DNA of 64,000 bases from Armatimonadota bacterium (GCA_039679675.1 JBDKUN010000059.1:127608-191607); one strand, 5' to 3'; shown: positions 29,012 through 39,504, counted from the stretch's first letter. A program made the numbers and translations. Notes: generated by a model not told the origin, from the sequence alone.

Positions 29012-30077
29012 CGACCATCTGATCTACGCTGAATTCAGACTGTACTAACCGGCGGCCGTTTTCACCGAACCGTTTTCCCAGCTCTCTATCACGGAATAAC
29101 TTAAGCACTGATTGCTTAATCGCCTCTGTGTCTTCGGGCTGGATCAAAAACCCGGTTTCCCCATCTCTGACTATCTCAGGAATACCGCCGACAGCCGATG
29201 CAACTATCGGAACACCGGCATACGCAGCCTGCAGCAGCGATACACCAAGCCCTTCACGAAGAGCCGGATGCACTACTACATCCAGATTAGTAAGAATCCT
29301 GTTCATATCTTCTCTGAATCCCGCAAACTGCACTTCTTCCGATATTCCCAGTTCCTGCACCCGGCTTTCAAGTTGAGCTCTGAGCGGGCCTTTACCAAAT
29401 ATCAGAAACCGAGCATCGGGAAACTCCTTCAATATATCCGGTATGACTGAAAAGAAATACCTGTGGCCCTTGCGCTCAATAAGTTGAGCTATTACACCTG
29501 CTACTGGAGCATCCTGAGAAATACCGAATTCTGACTCAAACCACTTTCTATCCCTATCGCACTGAGGTTTTGCCGTTATGATAGCACTGTGGACTAGCTC
29601 AAGCCGTTCTTCATCGATACCACAGTCACTGAGCACTTTTTTTATCCCACCGGAGATAGCTATGATCTTGTCCGGGATCACATTATATTTGAGACGCCCA
29701 AGAGCTCCCAGGCTGATACGGTCATCGACTCGGCGGGACAATACCACTGCGGGGACTCGCGCCATCCTTGCAGCTACCCCGCCCAAAATCTCTGCGCCTC
29801 TCCGGCTGTGGAGATGCACTACATCAGGCTTTACCTTCCGCACCTCACTATAGACTCTCAACACAAGCGAGGGATCACAGTCGCACCATACACTTACGGG
29901 ATGAACGGGTATGCCCGACCGGCGAGCCTCAGTCTCGATAGCGCTTCCCTTCGCGCATACAAGATCGACACCATGCCCTCTCTCGGCCAAGCCGCGCATA
30001 AGATAGACGACCTGCAGAGCTCCGCCGTACATATGCCTGCCGAACTCGATATGCACTGTATTTATACGGCCTTTCAA
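28938..30077 (-). CDS. Glycosyltransferase family 4 (GT-B; WaaG/RfaG-like)
   Basis: GGALQVVYLMRGLAERGHGVDLV... and C-terminal EGLGVSLLQAAYAGVPIVASAVGGIPEIV (the E-x7-E GT4 motif). Confidence 0.7.
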   Translation of the reverse strand: MKGRINTVHIEFGRHMYGGALQVVYLMRGLAERGHGVDLVCAKGSAIETEARRSGIPVHPVSVWCDCDPSLVLRVYSEVRKVKPDVVHLHSRRGAEILGGVAARMARVPAVVLSRRVDDRISLGALGRLKYNVIPDKIIAISGGIKKVLSDCGIDEERLELVHSAIITAKPQCDRDRKWFESEFGISQDAPVAGVIAQLIERKGHRYFFSVIPDILKEFPDARFLIFGKGPLRAQLESRVQELGISEEVQFAGFREDMNRILTNLDVVVHPALREGLGVSLLQAAYAGVPIVASAVGGIPEIVRDGETGFLIQPEDTEAIKQSVLKLFRDRELGKRFGENGRRLVQSEFSVDQMVDGNLRVYRDVLQNALQPNTRKEVA

Positions 30078-31132
30078 CTCTCTGCTCCCTCAAAACTGTG
30101 CGGAAATATGGCTGACTGCGCCGCCGATAAAACTTCCTCCGGCGTTACATCCGTTATGCACTCAAAACGTTCGCATGTCGGCTTTTTAAAGCATGGTACA
30201 CAGTCCATATCTTTTCTGACAACTGCGAAATTATCCCGATTAATATGGTTCTGCCAGGCGGTTGTCGGACCGAATATTCCTATAGATTGCTTTCCGATTG
30301 CAACGCCGGTGTGAAGAAGCCCTGTGTCGACCGCAACTACCAGAGAGCAACTGTCCTGAACTGCCACAGCCTGTTTAAGCGTTGTGCAGCCTGCTATATT
30401 AATCGCAGGGGCCTCTATTTTTGCCAAGATCCTATCGATCATCTCGCGGTCTTTTTTCACGCCAAGGAATATACTCCTCATGCCCATCTCATTCCACAAA
30501 AGATCCGCAAGTTTCGACCATCCTTCTTCAGACCAATGCTTGTTAGCCCTTGTAGTCGCAGGACAAAGGGCTGCCGCCTTTTCTCCTACGTTCAATCCAG
30601 CTTCTATTAATATCTTCGATGCTGACTCTCGTTCCTCATCACTGATAACCACCCGCATATCCCCGTCCTGGTCATCAGGAATGATCCCAAGCGGTTCAAG
30701 AAGCCTCATATAGCAGGCCATACCGTGACGGCAACGGCGTTTCGGAGCAGTTTTTTCGCAAGCTACGGTCTCATTGTAGGCTACTCCGCTGAACTCTCTG
30801 CTGTCAGCATAACCTATCCGGCGTTTTGCTCCCGATGCCGCAGTTACGAGGGCGCTCCGCGCTAATCCCTGGAAATCAAGAGCCACATCAAACTGGCGTT
30901 TTCTCAACACTTGCGTGAGTTTCAGAAAAGATGCCGGGCCGCTCCTGTCAAAGTTAATCGTCTCATCCACATCCGGATTGCCCTCAAGGATTCCAGCCGA
31001 TTTAGACTCGACTACCCAGGTAATCCTGGCATCCGGTATACGCCGTCTGAGCATGCGTACAGCAGCCGTAGTCATAACTACGTCCCCTATCGCACTCAGT
31101 CTGACGATCAATATGGATAAGTTGTTTGACAT
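30074..31132 (-). CDS. waaC: ADP-heptose:LPS heptosyltransferase (GT9; WaaC/RfaC-like)
   Basis: MSNNLSILIVRLSAIGDVVMTTAAVRMLR and C-terminal VAVDTGLLHTGVAIGKQSIGIFGPT. ATGA overlap with the downstream GT4 gene. Confidence 0.7.
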   Translation of the reverse strand: MSNNLSILIVRLSAIGDVVMTTAAVRMLRRRIPDARITWVVESKSAGILEGNPDVDETINFDRSGPASFLKLTQVLRKRQFDVALDFQGLARSALVTAASGAKRRIGYADSREFSGVAYNETVACEKTAPKRRCRHGMACYMRLLEPLGIIPDDQDGDMRVVISDEERESASKILIEAGLNVGEKAAALCPATTRANKHWSEEGWSKLADLLWNEMGMRSIFLGVKKDREMIDRILAKIEAPAINIAGCTTLKQAVAVQDSCSLVVAVDTGLLHTGVAIGKQSIGIFGPTTAWQNHINRDNFAVVRKDMDCVPCFKKPTCERFECITDVTPEEVLSAAQSAIFPHSFEGAES

Positions 31133-31153
31133 AATAAGGATTCAACCGGTTAC

Positions 31154-31894
31154 TTAATCGAACTCTTTCTGCTCCACTCCCGTATTAACAGTGATATCCT
31201 TTGTTTCTGTTGTCGCTGCCAGTTTTCCTTCACTGTTGTATACCTCAGCCTTGCATGGAGTCCAAATCCCGTTTACCTTGATATGGTTGAAGTATAGCGT
31301 CTTCACCTTGAGCGAGTCATCTCCGAACATCCTGTCGCGCCTCAACAATTTATAATCCTTACCGTCAATCCAGATCAATTGATACTTGCTGCTCTTGGCT
31401 GTCTTCAGCTTCAGAACATAAGCAAGTGAACCGTCTTCGTTCTTTTCAGTCCGGACCAGGCTGATATTGTAAATATCCCAGATGACATCAGATACTACGC
31501 CCACATCCAGCGGGCTCATTCGTTTTTCCTGCTCTTTCGATATATCTTCACGTTTTTTGTATCTCATAGACGGGATTCTAATGTGCCGGACATTACCTGC
31601 GGTGATGAATTCAACCTTCATCATACCCAGCACACCGTTTATCTTGAGGCTATCGGGGGCCTTAAACACTACTTTGGCGCTTTTAAACTCATAAAGCTCC
31701 GCGAAGACTTTGCCCATTTTCTGAAGCTCTCGCTGGTTGGAATTGACAACGACCAGATTGCAGCTAAGATCTTTCAGTCCACCTGCAGCCTTATGGACAT
31801 GAGTCTTGAGACTTTCCAGCTCATCTGCTGCGAAAAGCGTGGATGATATTGTTATCAAAGCTATAATTACTGCGAATCCGAATAACTTTTTCAA
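31154..31894 (-). CDS. Secreted LolA-like / outer-membrane lipoprotein-sorting-like protein (hypothetical)
   Basis: Signal peptide MKKLFGFAVIIALITISSTLFAA. The mature part has an alternating beta-strand pattern and is embedded in the LPS cluster. The family is not confidently assigned. Confidence 0.3.
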   Translation of the reverse strand: MKKLFGFAVIIALITISSTLFAADELESLKTHVHKAAGGLKDLSCNLVVVNSNQRELQKMGKVFAELYEFKSAKVVFKAPDSLKINGVLGMMKVEFITAGNVRHIRIPSMRYKKREDISKEQEKRMSPLDVGVVSDVIWDIYNISLVRTEKNEDGSLAYVLKLKTAKSSKYQLIWIDGKDYKLLRRDRMFGDDSLKVKTLYFNHIKVNGIWTPCKAEVYNSEGKLAATTETKDITVNTGVEQKEFD

Positions 31895-32820
31895 CTACTT
31901 GTCTCCATCGATTCCTTGACTGCTTCCGATGCCCGTTTCCATCTGTCGTGGAGCCACAGCCACTGAGACGGGTCTTTTCTGATCTCATCTTCTATTGCCG
32001 TGGTTATTGCCTGCGTCAGCATGTGAATATCTTCTTTTTCATTACCTGTATGAGTTACAGTAATAGGCGGGTATATTCTTGCCCTAAACCGGCCTTCTTC
32101 ATCCCTGCGCGCAAACCCACAGACAACTGGAGCGCCTGTTCTAAGTGCAAATACGGCAGGGCCTGTTGCAGTAGCACAGGGTTTGCCGAAAAAGTCTACA
32201 AATATACCGGTGAACGTGTTCTGGTCCGGCAGTATTCCCAAAACCTCATTTCTCTTAAGCGACCTGACAGCCGGAAGTGCTGAGTTGTCCCTGTCCAGCA
32301 CGTGATATCCGGCTGTCTCACGCATTTTGTTGGCAATGCCGGTCATCGCCGGGTCGTCGCTATTGCGGGCTATCACGTTCACTTTATAGCCGGATAGAAC
32401 CAGTTTTCGGGCAAATATCTCCCAGTTGCCCAGATGAGCCGTTATAAGAATAACGCCATGTCCCTTGGCAAGAGCTTCATCCATATATTCTTTTCCATCA
32501 AGATCAATCCAGGCATCAAGTTCCTCAGGCGGCAGGTGCAGAATATGCAAGAACTCCAGCATGCCTTTTGCAAAGTGCCTGCAGGTGTTTCTGGCAGTTG
32601 CGCGGACCTTCTCACTGCTCCATTCTGGATATGCCGCTGTGAGATTTTTTATAGCTACCCGCCTGTATCTTCGGGACATAAGAAACATAAAGTCTCCAAG
32701 TCTCCTGCCCCACCGGCCTATATTCGATTTGTTCAACCTGCTCGAAAAGCGAAGGAAAACCCATGCAGCTATCCTTCCGCCCAGAAATTCCAGTCTTTTT
32801 CTCAGCTTTCGGCGCGTCAT
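31891..32820 (-). CDS. lpxL: Lipid A biosynthesis late acyltransferase (LpxL/HtrB/MsbB family)
   Basis: Length, the N-terminal basic/TM region and the ITAHLGNWE (H-x4-E-type) acyltransferase motif. Confidence 0.7.
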   Translation of the reverse strand: MTRRKLRKRLEFLGGRIAAWVFLRFSSRLNKSNIGRWGRRLGDFMFLMSRRYRRVAIKNLTAAYPEWSSEKVRATARNTCRHFAKGMLEFLHILHLPPEELDAWIDLDGKEYMDEALAKGHGVILITAHLGNWEIFARKLVLSGYKVNVIARNSDDPAMTGIANKMRETAGYHVLDRDNSALPAVRSLKRNEVLGILPDQNTFTGIFVDFFGKPCATATGPAVFALRTGAPVVCGFARRDEEGRFRARIYPPITVTHTGNEKEDIHMLTQAITTAIEDEIRKDPSQWLWLHDRWKRASEAVKESMETSS

Positions 32821-35210
32821 AAACCAATCACCCTATCCAAAAGCCGATCCATGTTATCTATCATAAGTTCAATGTCCAACACATACATGTTCTCTAGACG
32901 CAGTTTTACGGCATCTTTTGCCGTTGTGACTATAGCTTGTGCACCACTTGACTCAAATGCCCGCTGAACAGCATTCACCCTCTCTTGAGAATACGAACAG
33001 TGGTCTCCAAAGCTTATTCTTTCCTTTATATCCGCGCCGCACTCTCTGAGTAGTATATCGAATGATTCAGGGCTTGCAATGCCGGATACCGCCACTATCG
33101 CCATTCCCTGAAGCCTAGATGTATCAAGTCGCTCGCCCGTTTCACAGTCGATCAAAGCGCTCGGAACTTTACCTGCGGTAAATATTTCCGCATCAGGCGC
33201 ACGATAAGCCAACTCAGCCTTAAGACCGGCTGCGCGGTCGGAATCAACCAGTTCTTTACCAGTGATCATGACCGCGTCGGCTCGTTTAATCCCGCTTACG
33301 GGTTCCCGAAGATCCCCAGCAGGCAATAACATGTTCATTCCATACGGTTTGTCCGCTCGCACAAGTATTATTTCGACATCTCGGTGAAGCTGCCAATACT
33401 GCATTCCGTCATCGAGCACTATCACATCCGGGCTGAACCTTTCCATCAGAATCAGCCCCATTTTGCGCCTGTCTTTTCCGATTGCTACAGGCACTCCGGG
33501 GAGCGCATTAGCAAGAAGCGCCGGTTCATCCCCGCATTCATGTGCATCCAGATACCGTGTAATGCCGTCCGACACTACAGCACCAACCTTACACAGACTT
33601 CCACCATGCCCCCGGCTGAGTATTGCGGGTTTCAGTCCACGGCGCAATAAACCTTCACATATTGACCGTACCGCAGGGGATTTCCCTGTTCCTCCGAACG
33701 TCAGGTTCCCAACGCTCACGACACGGCAGGGGAGTTTATATCGCAGCCTTAGTCCAGTTTTATAGGGCAATAAATACACCCACAGTCCAAGCCCATAGAG
33801 CCAGGAAAAGGGCAAAAGCAGGATACTGGGGGATAGCAAGTGTTCAGATACTCCGCGATCCTTCTGTTCTCTGTTCCCTGCTCCCTGTTTACTCGCCTCT
33901 ACTATCTTCTCCGCATATCTCCTTGACGCGCCCCTGTTTGCATTCATCATCTCAAGAGCATATTTTCGTATATCATCCAGTGCAGGACCGTGTGTTTGCA
34001 GATTTGTTATGTGTTTCGCAAGCTCTTCTTTATCCTTGACTTCAAAACCAACTCCAGCATCCACAGCCTGTCTGACCAGATCGCGCGCTTTAAAAGTGTA
34101 AGGACCGAAAAGGACAGGTTTTCCCTGCGCTATCGGCTGGAGGATATTGTGGCCACCTTTCGGGATCAGGCTTCCCCCGACGAACGCCGCGTAACCAACC
34201 GCATAGACAGTGGCAAGCTCACCGAAGGTATCAAGGATGATAATATCCTCTTTTCCTGATATGTTCTCAGACTGGCTTCTTCTGCCACAGGACAGACCGC
34301 GAGCACTCGCCATTTCGACTATTTCATCGGCGCGTTCTATCTGCCTTGGTGCCAATATCATTCTGAGATCGGGAACAGACTGCCGCGCTAGCTTAAATGC
34401 ATCCAAAACCGGCTCATCTTCGCCTGGATTAATGCTTCCTGCTACAAACACACTCTGGCCTTTTATTAATCCGAAGCGCTTTCTTATTTCATCGATCTCC
34501 GGTTTAGTAAGCGGGTCGGACTCCTGATCAAACTTACAGTTACCGATGACCTCTACACGCTTTTCTGAAGCTCCAAGCCCGATTATCCGCTCGGCATCGG
34601 TATCTGTCTGCATGAGCATCGTCTGAACGTTGGAAAGAGCCCACTTATAGAACGGCTTTATCTTTCTACCATTCTTTACGGTGCGGTCGGAGACAATCCC
34701 ATTTACTATCAGCGTTCGGACACCGATTCTTCTTGCAAATTCGAGGAAATTCGGCCAAATCTCGCTTTCCATGCTTACAAAGACATCAGGATCGACTACA
34801 TCCAGCGACTTTATCACGGAAAATGCAGTATCCAGCGGAAAATATATGATATGATCCGCCTCAGGAAGAGATTTCCGGGCCATTTCCTGGCCTGTAATGG
34901 TCGTGGTGGAAACTATAATTTCCGCATCAGGGCAAATAGCTTTTATCTCGCGGAGTATCGGTGCGCTTGCGACTACTTCGCCGACAGATACAGCTTGAAT
35001 CCAGATACGCGGCCGTGTTTTTGATCTTCTGTGGACACTTTCGGGGAAAATACCCAGCTGCTGCCGCCATGCATTGCGGGATTTCCCTGACCCCAAGACT
35101 CTCCAGATGTAATATACGGCTAGAACCGGACTGAGCAGAAGGAGCAGGAGATTATAAACAATCGGCATCCTGCTTTCCCTTTCCAAACAGTTCCTCAGCG
35201 GCTCTTTCAT
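32817..35210 (-). CDS. waaA-lpxK: Fusion protein: Kdo transferase (WaaA/KdtA, N-terminal about 440 aa) + tetraacyldisaccharide 4'-kinase (LpxK, C-terminal about 350 aa)
   Basis: The N-terminal half has IWIQAVSVGEVVASAPILREI...IIVSTTTITGQEMA and ...GGHNILQPIAQGKPVLFGP (KdtA). The C-terminal half has VVSVGNLTFGGTGKSPAVRSI...ILSRGHGG (LpxK P-loop) and ...FGDHCSYSQERV...IVTTAKDAVKL (LpxK C-terminus). It is one continuous 797-aa ORF. The likely start is the MPIVYNLLL Met near 35168. Confidence 0.8.
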   Translation of the reverse strand: MKEPLRNCLERESRMPIVYNLLLLLLSPVLAVYYIWRVLGSGKSRNAWRQQLGIFPESVHRRSKTRPRIWIQAVSVGEVVASAPILREIKAICPDAEIIVSTTTITGQEMARKSLPEADHIIYFPLDTAFSVIKSLDVVDPDVFVSMESEIWPNFLEFARRIGVRTLIVNGIVSDRTVKNGRKIKPFYKWALSNVQTMLMQTDTDAERIIGLGASEKRVEVIGNCKFDQESDPLTKPEIDEIRKRFGLIKGQSVFVAGSINPGEDEPVLDAFKLARQSVPDLRMILAPRQIERADEIVEMASARGLSCGRRSQSENISGKEDIIILDTFGELATVYAVGYAAFVGGSLIPKGGHNILQPIAQGKPVLFGPYTFKARDLVRQAVDAGVGFEVKDKEELAKHITNLQTHGPALDDIRKYALEMMNANRGASRRYAEKIVEASKQGAGNREQKDRGVSEHLLSPSILLLPFSWLYGLGLWVYLLPYKTGLRLRYKLPCRVVSVGNLTFGGTGKSPAVRSICEGLLRRGLKPAILSRGHGGSLCKVGAVVSDGITRYLDAHECGDEPALLANALPGVPVAIGKDRRKMGLILMERFSPDVIVLDDGMQYWQLHRDVEIILVRADKPYGMNMLLPAGDLREPVSGIKRADAVMITGKELVDSDRAAGLKAELAYRAPDAEIFTAGKVPSALIDCETGERLDTSRLQGMAIVAVSGIASPESFDILLRECGADIKERISFGDHCSYSQERVNAVQRAFESSGAQAIVTTAKDAVKLRLENMYVLDIELMIDNMDRLLDRVIGL

Positions 35211-35847
35211 CCGCCGCGCTTATAGCTTTTCCTATCATTTCAGACCACTTAGTCCGGTCTTCATCCGTCTCACATTTCCCGACATGTATCGGATCACCGA
35301 ATACGATACATGCCTTTGAAAACGGCTTTGGAACCTCGTGTTTATCCCATGAGTTGAACTGCCACACTCGTGAGCAAGCAATACCTACTGGCAAAATGCT
35401 GCAACCTGACCGTTCAGCCATCAGGACTATTCCAGGCTGCACCACCTTTGCCGGACCACGTGGCCCGTCCGGTGTAATAGTTATAATTCCGTCGTCTTTT
35501 ATGCGCTTCACTGATTCGAGCAGCGCTTTTGCGCCGTGTGCACGGCTGGAACCATGGACTATCCTATATCCGCGAGATTGAAGAAGCCTTGACTGCAGCT
35601 CACCGTCTTTTGACACCGAAACAATCGCCCAAAACCCCATATGACGGCAAAAGTATATCGGGAGTATAGTCGTTCCATGCCATGTAGCTATTACGCCACC
35701 ATGTCCTGAACTGCGCATATCTTCAAGCCGGTCTATTCCTACCGGCTTGATTCTCACAGTGCAGGCGATACCGGTGGAAACAAGCCACAAAAGCCGCCAG
35801 ATTATCTCAGTTCTGAGTTTTTTCCAGATGTCCTTCACTGGAAGCAA
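35152..35847 (-). CDS. DUF374 domain protein (lipid A/Kdo-associated lysophospholipid acyltransferase-like)
   Basis: Sits between msbA and waaA, where DUF374 genes typically occur. Contains ATWHGT and ITPDGPRGP motifs. Confidence 0.5.
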   Translation of the reverse strand: MLPVKDIWKKLRTEIIWRLLWLVSTGIACTVRIKPVGIDRLEDMRSSGHGGVIATWHGTTILPIYFCRHMGFWAIVSVSKDGELQSRLLQSRGYRIVHGSSRAHGAKALLESVKRIKDDGIITITPDGPRGPAKVVQPGIVLMAERSGCSILPVGIACSRVWQFNSWDKHEVPKPFSKACIVFGDPIHVGKCETDEDRTKWSEMIGKAISAADERAAEELFGKGKQDADCL

Positions 35848-37576
35848 CTACCTCTTCTTTTTTTAAATCGAACTGTGTGTGATACAACCTAGCAAAAGCG
35901 CCTTCATGCTGCATCAGTTCATCAAAACTTCCCTGCTCGACTATTCTGCCGTCTCCAAGGACGATAATCAGATCAGCCTGCTTTATGGTAGACAACCTGT
36001 GTGCTATTACAAGCGTCGTTCTCCCTACCATGAGCTTATCCAGCGCTTCCTGCACCAGTCGCTCGGAAGTGGCATCGAGAGAACTCGTGGCCTCATCGAG
36101 GATCAATATGCGTGGGTCTTTCAGAATCGCTCTTGCGATGGCAATCCGTTGTCTTTCACCACCCGAAAGCCTTGCGCCCCGTTCGCCGATCACCGTCTTA
36201 TAGCCGTCTTCGAACTGGCTGACAAACATATGAGCATTTGCAGCGCGAGCAGCCTGTTCAACTTCCTCGTCCGTAGCATCCGGCCTTCCGTAAGCGATGT
36301 TGTCCCTTATTGTCCCGCTGAACAGTATCGTTTCTTGCGGAACTATACCTATGTGCTTCCTAAGCGACTCCAAAGTCACACAACGAATATCATGGTCATC
36401 GACCAATACCGCACCGCCTGAAACCTCGTAGAACCTTGGTACTAGATTCGCAACAGTAGACTTTCCGGCGCCGCTCGGCCCTACAACGGCGACCGCTTTG
36501 CCCGGTTCCATCGTGAAAGAAATGTTTTTCAGAACCTGTTCGCCGGTCTGATAAGAGAATGAGACATTTTTGAACGCGACGTGGCCGGTTATTTCGCCAA
36601 GGTCAACAGCATCAGGAGAATCAGCAATGTCCGGTTCTTCATCAAGAACCTCGAAAATGCGATCAATACCGGCCATTGTCTGATGGTATGTAACATTCAA
36701 TCGCCCGATCTTCTTTGCGGAACTGGCGACATAAAACGCTATGCCTCCGAACTCGACTATTGAACCGTATGGAATCTGGTGCGACGTTACCAGATAGCCA
36801 CCGAGCAGCATTATCGCTACTACAACGATTGTGCCAAAGAACTCTGTTATCGGAGTAACTAATGCGCTTCTCCGAGCGCTCTTTAGGGCAGCCTTCAGGC
36901 TGGCCAAGTTCTGCTCAAAAAATCGCTGTATTTCATTTTTCTCCATGCCAAACGATTTGACTACTCTGATCCCAACAATTGTCTCCTCGAGGACAGCAAT
37001 CACATCGGCCAGCTTCAATTGAAGGTTTATCGTCAGTTTCCGCATTTTGCGTGTAATTCTACTGATCAAAACGCCCATACCCGGCACAAAAAGTATAAAT
37101 ATACCTGCCAGGACCCAATTGATCATAAACATCCTGGCAATTCCACCGATAACAGTCAGAGGAGCATTGATGACATCCGTAATAGCACCGGAACCATTTT
37201 GTATGAGGCCTACATCATTGGTCATCCGCGACATCAGGTGCCCAACCTTATTCCGCTCGAAAAAGCTCAAGGTCATTGAATGCAGGTGAGCATATATGCG
37301 GTTTCTGATATCTGTAGCAATACGATTTGTTGCAGATGCAATTAGGTAGGATTGCCCATAATTCGCCACACCCTTCGGCAACTGTACAATGACAAACGCC
37401 AAGGCAATCATTTTGATCATGTTCCAGTTGTCCAGCTTGACTGCATTGAGGAATTTGCCGGCCAGAAACGGCGTCAGTAGATCACCACAAGTAACAACTC
37501 CGCCTAATATTGATCCTAAGATAAACTGCCACTTATACGCTAATATGTATTGGACGAGTTTTTTACGATTATCCAA
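35807..37576 (-). CDS. msbA: Lipid A export ABC transporter, permease/ATPase fusion
   Basis: Six-TM N-terminal half. C-terminal NBD with GPSGAGKST (Walker A), LSGGERQRIAIARAIL (signature) and ILILDEATSSLD (Walker B). Located within the lpx/waa cluster. Confidence 0.8.
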   Translation of the reverse strand: MDNRKKLVQYILAYKWQFILGSILGGVVTCGDLLTPFLAGKFLNAVKLDNWNMIKMIALAFVIVQLPKGVANYGQSYLIASATNRIATDIRNRIYAHLHSMTLSFFERNKVGHLMSRMTNDVGLIQNGSGAITDVINAPLTVIGGIARMFMINWVLAGIFILFVPGMGVLISRITRKMRKLTINLQLKLADVIAVLEETIVGIRVVKSFGMEKNEIQRFFEQNLASLKAALKSARRSALVTPITEFFGTIVVVAIMLLGGYLVTSHQIPYGSIVEFGGIAFYVASSAKKIGRLNVTYHQTMAGIDRIFEVLDEEPDIADSPDAVDLGEITGHVAFKNVSFSYQTGEQVLKNISFTMEPGKAVAVVGPSGAGKSTVANLVPRFYEVSGGAVLVDDHDIRCVTLESLRKHIGIVPQETILFSGTIRDNIAYGRPDATDEEVEQAARAANAHMFVSQFEDGYKTVIGERGARLSGGERQRIAIARAILKDPRILILDEATSSLDATSERLVQEALDKLMVGRTTLVIAHRLSTIKQADLIIVLGDGRIVEQGSFDELMQHEGAFARLYHTQFDLKKEEVVASSEGHLEKTQN

Positions 37577-37735
37577 AGTTGTTTCCTAACTGCTTAAAGA
37601 GTTTCGGGTAATGATTGTAACAATCCTACGGACACATAACCAGTCAATGATAATGCTGCATCTGTTGTTTTTCGCTTACACCCGAAACTCTCCCGGAAGG
37701 AGTTTTGGCTGAAACGATATCTACTACTCGCTACA

Positions 37736-38248
37736 TCAGCTACCAAAACTCTGTAGCACCATTTTTATGGCGAAAGCAATCACTATGACTACTGTTCCCA
37801 TAATCGTTTTGACTTCTTTGTTCAGCTTGGCCTGCTTGAATGAGAACTTGTGGGTATCTGAAGTGATCCTGGCAGATAGACTGGGTATTATTCTCGGCAC
37901 TCTTTTGCAGTACACTTTGAAATCATCCCCAAACTGCTCGATCAGGAACCGTTCTTCCCATATCACAGCTGCGCCATGGAATGCAAAGAAAAGCGGTATC
38001 ACGATAGCCCAGACCAGCCATCCGCCGGTCATTGTAGAGTAGCCGCACGTTATGAAAAAGCTGCCGATGTAAAGCGGATTTCTGACATGGGCGAAAGGGC
38101 CTGAAACCGTCAGCACTTCTGATTTAACAAGATGTCCTGCTGACCATACTCTGATTGCCTCGCCAAATACAACCAAAACAAACCCTGCAAGTAAAGTCGA
38201 AAGCACGGGTTTTCCGAATACGAACATTATTATGGGCGCAACTAACAA
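37736..38248 (-). CDS. Isoprenylcysteine carboxyl methyltransferase (ICMT)/phospholipid methyltransferase-family membrane protein
   Basis: The SGPFAHVRNPLYIGSFF motif (ICMT/PEMT family) plus multiple TM helices. The ORF-track N-terminal about 80 aa overlap lpxB in another frame and are discarded. The likely start is TTG near 38248 or ATG 38227, just after the lpxB stop. Confidence 0.5.
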   Translation of the reverse strand: MLVAPIIMFVFGKPVLSTLLAGFVLVVFGEAIRVWSAGHLVKSEVLTVSGPFAHVRNPLYIGSFFITCGYSTMTGGWLVWAIVIPLFFAFHGAAVIWEERFLIEQFGDDFKVYCKRVPRIIPSLSARITSDTHKFSFKQAKLNKEVKTIMGTVVIVIAFAIKMVLQSFGS

Positions 38249-38280
38249 GAAGAAAGTCCTGCGTCTGAAAAGAAAGAAGC

Positions 38281-39504
38281 TCAGGCTCTTGGCTGCAGGC
38301 CCGCCGCCGCCAATACCACTTTCGCGGCTCTGCCTGTCCCTCCAGGTGCGCCAAGTACCTCCCGCGCGGACTGGAGTGCCACCCTCATTCTCTGAAGCTC
38401 CACCGGTTCCTTCAGATACTTTACAGCAAGCTCCGCTATCTTCTCGGGTGACGCCTGGTCCCCTAGTAATTCCGGACATATTTCCCTCCCAGCAACAATG
38501 TTGGGCATCCCAATAAATTGCTCAAGTATACTTTTTCGAAAAAGATATTCCAATTTCATAAGTGAGGAACCACGGTAAACGATGATCATCGGGGTTGTCA
38601 GTATCATCGCCTCAAGAGTCGCGGTCCCCGAACAACTGATTAAAAGGTCTGAATTGGCCATCACATCGTATGTTCGGCCTCGTGAAACATAAATATTCTC
38701 TGTAATTAAATCTGCACCGGCTTCGAAATCATTCAGTATCTGATTTATCTTTCGAGTGGCTTTATCGGACCCGGCAGCGATTATAAAGCAGCACTTGTAA
38801 GGAACTTCATCTTCAATAATCGACGCGGCTTCCAGCATTGCGGGCAGTATGTTGTCGATTTCATGCGTTCTACTCCCAGGCAATATCCCAACTATCCGCG
38901 CACCTTTGGGTATCTCATATTTTGGATCAAGAACATCGATCAACTGATCTACATCCATCGAAGGCACTACCTGGTCCAAAAGTGGATGTCCTAAAAAAAG
39001 AGCATCCGCACCCACTTTGGTCAGTATTTCAGCAGACCACGGGAACGGTGTAATAATCCTGTCCGATGCTGCCAGAAGACTGGAATTTTTACCGGGCCGT
39101 TTTCGCCATGAACCGGGCGGAAAATAGTAAACTGTAGGAATCCCCTGTTCTCTTACGAACCTGCCGAGTTTTACGTTAAAAGCGCCGAAATCTATCGGCA
39201 CGAATACATCAGGTTGCCGTTTGCAGAACTCTTTCTTTAGTCTTGCCAGTTCGCATAGGAGCCTTGGGACCATTTTCAGCGATTCTACTATCCCTATTGC
39301 GCCAACACTCGAAAAGTCCGAGACTAGTTCGACACCAGCGGCACGCATCTTTGGTCCGCCTGCTCCCCAGATAGTAATATCCGGGCAAAGCTTCCGAAGT
39401 TCAACGGCTAAAGCACTGCCGCTCGCATCTCCGGAGGCTTCACCGGCTACTATTGCTATCGATGGTGTAGTGACCTTAGCCACGGTGCTCTGTTTGCCTG
39501 CCAT
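38281..39504 (-). CDS. lpxB: Lipid-A-disaccharide synthase
   Basis: IAIVAGEASGDASGSALAVELRK (N-terminal GT19 motif) and overall length. Confidence 0.85.
   Translation of the reverse strand: MAGKQSTVAKVTTPSIAIVAGEASGDASGSALAVELRKLCPDITIWGAGGPKMRAAGVELVSDFSSVGAIGIVESLKMVPRLLCELARLKKEFCKRQPDVFVPIDFGAFNVKLGRFVREQGIPTVYYFPPGSWRKRPGKNSSLLAASDRIITPFPWSAEILTKVGADALFLGHPLLDQVVPSMDVDQLIDVLDPKYEIPKGARIVGILPGSRTHEIDNILPAMLEAASIIEDEVPYKCCFIIAAGSDKATRKINQILNDFEAGADLITENIYVSRGRTYDVMANSDLLISCSGTATLEAMILTTPMIIVYRGSSLMKLEYLFRKSILEQFIGMPNIVAGREICPELLGDQASPEKIAELAVKYLKEPVELQRMRVALQSAREVLGAPGGTGRAAKVVLAAAGLQPRA

Noticed and set aside
37996-38479. N-terminal 80-160 aa of ORF 37736..38479 (MSGITRGPGVTREDSGACC...)
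   Set aside because: This portion overlaps the 3' end of lpxB in a different frame and is Gly/Arg-rich nonsense. The ICMT-like protein is taken to start just after the lpxB stop.
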